64,000 nt of DNA, from assembly GCA_963595735.1 (NCBI GenBank), contig CAVBJJ010000006.1, positions 14,694 to 78,693 of the forward strand. Direction: 5' to 3'. Below the pieces are notes generated by a model. That model saw nothing but the letters and a program-made list of their open reading frames with translations. It was not told where the DNA came from and made no database searches. Numbering within the stretch: the stretch's first letter is position 1; each line of letters starts with the position of its first letter. Positions 39,665 to 45,072 of the stretch are shown piece by piece. The stretch is from a bacterium. GTDB lineage: Bacteria > Bacillota > Clostridia > Oscillospirales > Oscillospiraceae. Position numbers and translations under genes: made by a program.

Positions 39665-40034
39665 GACTGTCAAAAAACTATATAGTGTAGTACCTGCCCT
39701 TGGCTCTCCCTTTGGGAGAACTGTCGCCGCAGGCGACTGAGAGGGTTCGGCAGATAATCACGCCCCACGGGGTTCCTATGGTATGGTCATTGTTTCCCCT
39801 CTCCGTCTTCGCTGCGCTCAGCCACCTCTCCCAGAGGGAGAGGCACGGCTGTCAAAAACAGCAGGCAGTATCGTTTCCCGCAGCAGCGGGTGGAGTTTGA
39901 GGGGGGCAAGCCCCGCCTCAATGAGATAACCCGCCGTGGAAAGCCCATTTTGGGCTTTCCCACAGTATTTTGGCTGCGCCGAAATACGCGGCGGATAAGC
40001 TTGTCAAAAAATTCCCAGACCTTTTTGACAAGCT
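39665..40034 (+). repeat. Structured intergenic repeat, copy A (contains a nested 121-bp insertion)
   Basis: Aligns by eye, in reverse complement, with 44801-45012. Bounded by CTGTCAAAAA .. TTTTTGACAAG. Carries several hairpins, including CTCTCCC-ttt-GGGAGAG and GGAAAGCCC..GGGCTTTCC. Confidence 0.8.
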
Positions 40035-40058
40035 GGTAAGAAAGGATGGGATGTTCCT

Positions 40059-40601
40059 ATGAAATGGTGTATTGCTTCGGATATTCACGGCTCTGCGTTT
40101 TACTGCCAGAAGATGCTGGCGGCCTTTGACGCCGAGCAGGCAGATCGCCTGTTACTGTTGGGCGATCTGCTCTATCATGGTCCGCGCAACGATTTGCCGA
40201 AAGAATACGCCCCCAAAACGGTGCTGGCTCTGCTCAACGAGAGAAAGGATCGCATCCTCTGCGTGCGCGGCAATTGCGATACAGAAGTAGATCAAATGGT
40301 GCTGGACTTCCCGATCCTGGCGGATTACGCCGTGCTCTGCGCCGGGCAGCGGCTGATCTATGTGACCCACGGACACAGGTTCAACACAAAAAATCTCCCG
40401 CCGCTGCAGCCGGTCGATGTGCTGCTGCATGGCCACACCCATATTCCCGCCTGCGAAGAGACCGAGGGCATTTTGTATTGCAACCCCGGTTCCGTCTCCA
40501 TCCCCAAGGCCGACTCCGCCCACAGCTATATGACGCTGGAAAATGGCCTGCTGTGCTGGAAAGATCTGGATGGCAAGACCTATCAGGAGTATCAGCTGTA
40601 A
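40059..40601 (+). CDS. yfcE: YfcE-type metallophosphoesterase (MJ0936 family)
   Basis: 180 aa with DIHGS, GDLLYHGPRN, GNCD, THGH and GHTH metal-binding motifs. Confidence 0.9.
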   Translation: MKWCIASDIHGSAFYCQKMLAAFDAEQADRLLLLGDLLYHGPRNDLPKEYAPKTVLALLNERKDRILCVRGNCDTEVDQMVLDFPILADYAVLCAGQRLIYVTHGHRFNTKNLPPLQPVDVLLHGHTHIPACEETEGILYCNPGSVSIPKADSAHSYMTLENGLLCWKDLDGKTYQEYQL

Positions 40602-40612
40602 AAACGCTTTGA

Positions 40613-40658
40613 GGGGAATTTTTCCGGAATCTCACATTCCGTGAAAAATTCCCCTTTT
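40613..40658 (+). terminator. yfcE terminator
   Basis: 12-bp stem GGGGAATTTTTC/GAAAAATTCCCC followed by TTTT. Confidence 0.8.
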
Positions 40659-40664
40659 CCGCTC

Positions 40665-40693
40665 TTGACATTTTCTAAAAAATTCAATATAAT
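40665..40693 (+). promoter_or_regulatory. Consensus promoter of tRNA-Pro
   Basis: TTGACA-N17-TATAAT, 14 nt upstream of the tRNA. Confidence 0.7.
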
Positions 40694-40707
40694 AAACGAG
40701 TTATTAT

Positions 40708-40783
40708 CGGGGTGTGGCGCAGTTGGTAGCGCGCATGGTTCGGGTCCATGAGGCCGTGGGTTCAAATCCCGCCACTCCGACCA
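40708..40783 (+). tRNA. tRNA-Pro (anticodon CGG), CCA encoded
   Basis: Hand-folded cloverleaf. Acceptor CGGGGTG/CACTCCG; D arm GCGC-AGTTGGTA-GCGC; anticodon stem CATGG/CCATG with loop TT-CGG-GT; T arm GTGGG-TTCAAAT-CCCGC; discriminator A plus CCA. Confidence 0.9.
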
Positions 40784-40790
40784 TATGAAT

Positions 40791-40834
40791 GAGACCCGCT
40801 TTTCGAACATTTTTATCGAAAAGTGGGTCTCTTC
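40791..40834 (+). terminator. Hairpin after tRNA-Pro
   Basis: GAGACCCGCTTTTCGA..TCGAAAAGTGGGTCTC; the T tail is weak. Confidence 0.55.
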
Positions 40835-40889
40835 ATGTCTTGAAAGCCTTGAAAGATCGGGGCTTTTTCTTTTTGCCGCGTTCCTTTAT

Positions 40890-42180
40890 TTGCTCCAAAA
40901 CTCTCAAAATGCGAAACTAATATTTTTATACAAGGTCGTTATTTGAACACAGCTTTTTCATAAACCAGCCCAATAAGCTTCCTCGAATGCCGTTGGTGTC
41001 TTGTATTTCAAAGTCCGATGAGGACGAAGCTCATTGTAAAATTGGATGTACCGCTCCACGCTTTTGCGGTAGCTTTGTTCTGAGGTGTACTCTCTGCGGT
41101 ACGCCTCCTCTTTTTTGAAGGAAGCAAAAAATGCTTCAGCCACCGCATTGTCATGCGGACGTGCCGTAGCGGAAAAGGACTGCTTCACGCCGCACTTTTG
41201 CAGGAGCGCTGTAAATGCAGCCGAGGTGTACTGTTTTCCGCGGTCGCTGTGAAAAGTGAGGCCGCTGGGCTCTCCGCGTTCCCGAAAAGCGGCCCGAAAC
41301 GTGCTGGTGACTAAATTGGTGCTTGCGTTACGGGATACCCGATGGCCGATGACCTTGCGGGAGAAAAGATCCAGGATGACGCAAAAGTAGACCCAGTAGT
41401 CATTGACCTTGAAATACGTAACGTCACTGACCCAGAACTGGTTTGGATGATCTGCGGTGAACTGTCGCTCCAACAGGTTTTGCTTTTTATTATACTGTTG
41501 CTGTTTCTTGTATTGCTTCTTGGCATCAGGGCAGATGCTGTGCAGGTCCAGTTCCTGCATGATTGCTGCAATGCGTTTGGTGCTAACCCGGACACCGCTC
41601 TCAGCCAGAGTGATGCGGATTTTTTCAGCACCAAATCGCTGAGCGCTGTCATCAAAGACCTGCTGCACGAGCCGCATAAGCTGCGCCTGTTCCTGATCAC
41701 GCTTGCTGTGGTCCGCCCGGCGGAAGATGTGGTTGTAAAATGTACCACGAGCGACATCTAACGCTTTGCACAGCTCGTGAACGCTATAAGTATTATCCGA
41801 TTGGTGATAGAGGTTTTCCAATATGGAAAGCCTCTTCTGCAGGGGAACACTCGTTATACACTGTGAAAGGCGAATGATTTCCATTTCATGTTCCAGTTTT
41901 GTTAGCCGTCTTGAAATGCTATCAAACTCCTTTGGCGTGTAGGTGCGGTTTGTTCCTTGGATAGTGCAGTACTCCTTCCGCCAGCGGTAAAGTGTTCCCT
42001 GAGCAATGTGCAGTTCAAGGCTGAGAGATTTGATGGATTCTCCGCTTTGATAACGCTTAATGACTTTTTGCTTGAAATCTGCCAGGTACTTGGTGGGCAT
42101 GGTCTCATCTCCTTGCATGTGATGAGATTATTGTAAGCTGGTATTTAGAGTGAGAAAAGAGTTTTATGTGTCTATAAATA
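40890..42180 (-). mobile_element. IS3-family insertion sequence (ends approximate)
   Basis: Contains a single transposase ORF. Only a short shared terminal motif (AAAACTCT near 40897 and, inverted, near 42172) could be found by eye, so the boundaries are uncertain. Confidence 0.6.
40958..42100 (-). CDS. IS3-family transposase (HTH plus DDE/rve domains in one ORF)
   Basis: 380 aa. N-terminal HTH (..SIKSLSLELHIAQGTLYRWRKEY), then the rve core (..FWVSDVTYF..LTFHSDRGKQYTS..HDNAVAEAFF..). ATG 42100 follows a GGAG RBS. Confidence 0.9.
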   Translation of the reverse strand: MPTKYLADFKQKVIKRYQSGESIKSLSLELHIAQGTLYRWRKEYCTIQGTNRTYTPKEFDSISRRLTKLEHEMEIIRLSQCITSVPLQKRLSILENLYHQSDNTYSVHELCKALDVARGTFYNHIFRRADHSKRDQEQAQLMRLVQQVFDDSAQRFGAEKIRITLAESGVRVSTKRIAAIMQELDLHSICPDAKKQYKKQQQYNKKQNLLERQFTADHPNQFWVSDVTYFKVNDYWVYFCVILDLFSRKVIGHRVSRNASTNLVTSTFRAAFRERGEPSGLTFHSDRGKQYTSAAFTALLQKCGVKQSFSATARPHDNAVAEAFFASFKKEEAYRREYTSEQSYRKSVERYIQFYNELRPHRTLKYKTPTAFEEAYWAGL

Positions 42181-42259
42181 ATTGTCGACGGGATGAGAAA
42201 AGGCTGATATAATGTAGGCAGTAAAAAGTAACAAGGATAGCGATTTGGAGATGATGCAA

Positions 42260-42571
42260 ATGTTGGATAAACGCTCAAGAAAAGTATTACGGTATATTAA
42301 AAAGCATGGGCAGGCAAACTTTTCTGAGCTATTAGAATTGGATCATAATGAATCACTTGTTGCACAAATGTTGGTCATGCTGAATGCAGAGGGATACACC
42401 ATACAAGTAGCAAAAGAGTCTGATGGTAAGCGTCAAGCGGTATACGAGTTACAAGGAAAAGGATTTGGAGCTTTAGAGGAATATAGAAGGCAGGCAGTTT
42501 ATGCATATGTGCCGATATTAATTTCCTTACTCGCATTGGTAATTTCAATTCTTTCTTTTTTCAGAGGATAA
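42260..42571 (+). CDS. Small winged-helix-like protein with a C-terminal TM anchor (hypothetical)
   Basis: About 103 aa: MLDKRSRKVLRYIKKHGQANFSELL.. then the hydrophobic tail YVPILISLLALVISILSFF. AT-rich. Start ambiguous (42251, 42254 or 42260). Confidence 0.55.
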   Translation: MLDKRSRKVLRYIKKHGQANFSELLELDHNESLVAQMLVMLNAEGYTIQVAKESDGKRQAVYELQGKGFGALEEYRRQAVYAYVPILISLLALVISILSFFRG

Positions 42572-42587
42572 CAGAGGAGAATAAACA

Positions 42588-43472
42588 ATGCCACAAAATG
42601 ATAAGATCCAACTGTTCGAAGACAAGCGTATTCGTACCGCATGGGATGAAAAAAAGGAAGAATGGTACTTTTCTATCGTTGATGTGGTAGCTGTGCTGAC
42701 TGATCAGCCGGATCAGCGCCATGCGGCGAAATATTGGAGTGTTCTCAAGACTCGCTTAAAAAAAGAAGGCAGTGAGTTGACTACAAATTGTAGTCAACTG
42801 AAAATGCGCTCCGCAGATGGCAAGCGATACAATACCGATGTAGCCGACACCGAGCAGCTTCTCCGAATCATCCAGTCCATTCCTTCCCCGAAAGCAGAAC
42901 CGTTCAAGCTGTGGCTGGCGCAGGTCGGTCGGGAGCGTATCGAGGAGACCATCGACCCGGAGCTGACCATTGACCGCGCTCTGGAAACCTATCTCAAGAA
43001 GGGGTACAGCCGTGAGTGGATCAACCAGCGGCTGCAGGCCATTCAAGTTCGCAAAGAACTGACGGATGAATGGGATGCCCGCGGTGTGCAGAAGGGCATC
43101 GAGTACGCCATCCTCACAGATGAGATCTCCCGTGCATGGTCCGGCATGTCCACCCGGCAGTACAAGAATCTGAAGGGCTTGAAAAAGGAAAACCTTCGTG
43201 ATAACATGACGACACTGGAGCTGGTACTGAACATGCTGGCGGAGGCGACTACCACTCAGTTTTCAAAAGACCGCAAGCCGACGACCTTCCAAGAGAATCT
43301 GGCAGTTGCCAAGGCGGGTGGCCAGGTTGCCGGACGAACCAGAAAAGACATTGAGTCCCAGTCAGATACGCCAGTCATCACCTCCAAGAACGCCGCACAG
43401 CTCCAGCAGGTCGTGACAGACCTGCTGGAAAGCGCAGTCTCTGACACAACTGAAGAATCAAAAGACAAGTAG
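42588..43472 (+). CDS. Bro-N domain / DinD-like (DNA-damage-inducible protein D family) protein
   Basis: 294 aa. N-terminal ..FEDKRIRTAWDEKKEEWYFSIVDVVAVL.. is Bro-N-like. C-terminal ..YKNLKGLKKENLRDNMTTLELVLNMLAEATT.. parallels E. coli DinD as I recall it. RBS GGAG. Confidence 0.7.
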   Translation: MPQNDKIQLFEDKRIRTAWDEKKEEWYFSIVDVVAVLTDQPDQRHAAKYWSVLKTRLKKEGSELTTNCSQLKMRSADGKRYNTDVADTEQLLRIIQSIPSPKAEPFKLWLAQVGRERIEETIDPELTIDRALETYLKKGYSREWINQRLQAIQVRKELTDEWDARGVQKGIEYAILTDEISRAWSGMSTRQYKNLKGLKKENLRDNMTTLELVLNMLAEATTTQFSKDRKPTTFQENLAVAKAGGQVAGRTRKDIESQSDTPVITSKNAAQLQQVVTDLLESAVSDTTEESKDK

Positions 43473-43554
43473 GCTCTGCGCATCAAGTTTTCTTGCTGTC
43501 ATACACCGATTTTTTGAAAACAATTTCAAAAAATCTATAGTGTTGAGTTATGAC

Positions 43555-43588
43555 ATCGGTGAGTCCTTAGGGGACTCACCGATTTTTT
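43555..43588 (+). terminator. Terminator after the dinD-like gene
   Basis: ATCGGTGAGTCC-ttag-GGACTCACCGAT followed by T6. Confidence 0.8.
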
Positions 43589-43692
43589 ATTGCTCATTTG
43601 TAAATTTTTTGATTTTGTTGCACGGAAATATACAACTTTTCGCCATTTACATCCTATATGTAGAAGACCCGTTTTTACATATAGGAGGAAAT

Positions 43693-44247
43693 ATGATATA
43701 CTACAAACAATGCAGCGGGACGCTTCTGCCGCAGAAAGCAGCAGAGCTACAAAACTGGGTGCAATGGACACACCACGCCGAGGACAAGACCCATTGCGAG
43801 GAATGTCTAAAATTAGATGGTCGCTGGTTTCAAAAGGAAAAAGCTCCCCCTTGCCCACATCATCCCTATTGTCATTGCACATTGGAGCCGATCGACCATA
43901 CTGTCGTTCTTGCAAATGCGACCACATGCAGCAGCTACAGTAAGTTTGATCCATACCTGTTTAACACTACTGGCGCATATACACACGGAAAAGAAGAGCT
44001 GTTCAAATTATGGGGGTATGCGGTTGAGGATATTCCTTGGCTCAAAGCTGAGATAGAGCGACAATCATTGGAGAAATATCTATCTGGCGATTATACATTG
44101 GGAAAGCTTGATAAAAACGGTCAAAGAATCAATATACGAATCGCCATTCAACGAAGAGGTACCGGTGAGCTTGTAACATTTCTGTCTGGTTGGATAGCTC
44201 GCCCTAATGAACTCTTGCAAATGACTACACCATATGGAGATGATTGA
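43693..44247 (+). CDS. MuF-type Cys/His knuckle fused to a DUF6883-like C-terminal domain (hypothetical, toxin-like)
   Basis: 184 aa. Contains HCEECLKLDG..PCPHHPYCHC, then KFDPYLFN..GKEELFKLWGY..RINIRIAIQ..LVTFLSGWIARPNELLQMTTPYG. AGGAGG RBS upstream of ATG 43693. Family names are from memory. Confidence 0.65.
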   Translation: MIYYKQCSGTLLPQKAAELQNWVQWTHHAEDKTHCEECLKLDGRWFQKEKAPPCPHHPYCHCTLEPIDHTVVLANATTCSSYSKFDPYLFNTTGAYTHGKEELFKLWGYAVEDIPWLKAEIERQSLEKYLSGDYTLGKLDKNGQRINIRIAIQRRGTGELVTFLSGWIARPNELLQMTTPYGDD

Positions 44248-44248
44248 C

Positions 44249-44532
44249 ATGAAAGAATTAGATTGTGTTGAAGTTATTGTGGAGAAAAAAGTGTATGCCC
44301 GCGAAGGCGTACATATTGGTATGCAAGGTTGGATCTGCTTTGATGAATGTGCCGATGGTTATTGGCTTGTAAACTTTCCGCAGTATGGAGAAAAAAAGAT
44401 ATTGCAACCATATCCGTGAAAGAAGATGATGTGAAGATAATCCCACGAATGGATGCACAAATCAATGAGAGAATTAAAGCTCAGTTTGATAATCTGGAAA
44501 ATTCAGATGATTTGAGCGGGTATATGGTTTAA
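44249..44532 (+). pseudogene. DUF4926-like small gene interrupted by a -1 frameshift at A_AAA_AAG (pseudogene or programmed frameshift)
   Basis: Frame 0 (MKELDCVEVIVEKKVYAREGVHIGMQGWICF..YGEKK) stops at 44419. The -1 frame continues from 44398 (DIATISVKEDDVKIIP..) to 44532. The A7 run lies at 44391-44397. Confidence 0.6.
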
Positions 44533-44800
44533 TAGATACTTGAGTTAACAACCGCAATAACATTGGTACAAATTGTCTGATCTAATTGGATAAAAACCTC
44601 TTGCCGACTGCCAGAAAACCGTTGATATATCTGCGTTTTCTGAAATTCTATAATTACACTCCGGCCAAAAACCGGAAAATTTCTACGGAAACTTGCCGGT
44701 TTTTCATTTTATTTGCTTGTTTCTTCGCGCAGCAGATCATCCCTGTTCCATGCTGTAATTTTGCTGGTCAGAAATAGGTTTAATCGGACGCCCAGTACCG

Positions 44801-45012
44801 GCTTATCCGCCAGTATTTTGAACAAGCCAAAATACTGTGGGAAAGCCCAGCGGGGCTTTCCGCGGCGGTCTATCTGATTGAGGCGGGTCTTGCCCCCTTC
44901 AAGCTCCCCCGCTACCGCGGAAAACGATACTGCCCGCTGTTTTTAACAACCTTGCCTCTCCCAAAGGGAGAGCCAAGGGCAGGTACCCCGTTACATAGTT
45001 TTTGGACAGACT
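44801..45012 (-). repeat. Structured intergenic repeat, copy B (inverted relative to copy A)
   Basis: Its reverse complement aligns with 39665-39719 plus 39835-40000, at roughly 80-85% identity by eye. Contains the same 22-nt core and the same hairpins. Confidence 0.8.
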
Positions 45013-45014
45013 CA

Positions 45015-45056
45015 GCAAGCCCTGCACAGCGTTTTTTGTGTAGGGCTTGCTTTTTT
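45015..45056 (+). terminator. Hairpin with a T-run on the plus strand only
   Basis: GCAAGCCCT..AGGGCTTGC followed by T6, between repeat copy B and the stop of the minus-strand permease gene. Confidence 0.55.
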
Positions 45057-45072
45057 ATATCCATATCCGTTT

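Noticed and set aside
39700-39900. 66-aa ORF (MALPLGELSPQATERV..LSHLSQRERHG..) and the similar 84-aa ORF at 60955-61209
   Set aside because: Both run through copies of the intergenic repeat. The peptide-like similarity reflects the repeated hairpin DNA (CTCTCCC..GGGAGAG). There is no RBS, and the reading frame is not preserved between copies.
42245-44532. Prophage interpretation of the islet (Bro-N and MuF-like sequences)
   Set aside because: There are no capsid, tail, terminase, portal, lysis or integrase genes. The MuF similarity is limited to the C-terminal Cys/His knuckle. The region is better described as a small degenerate islet.
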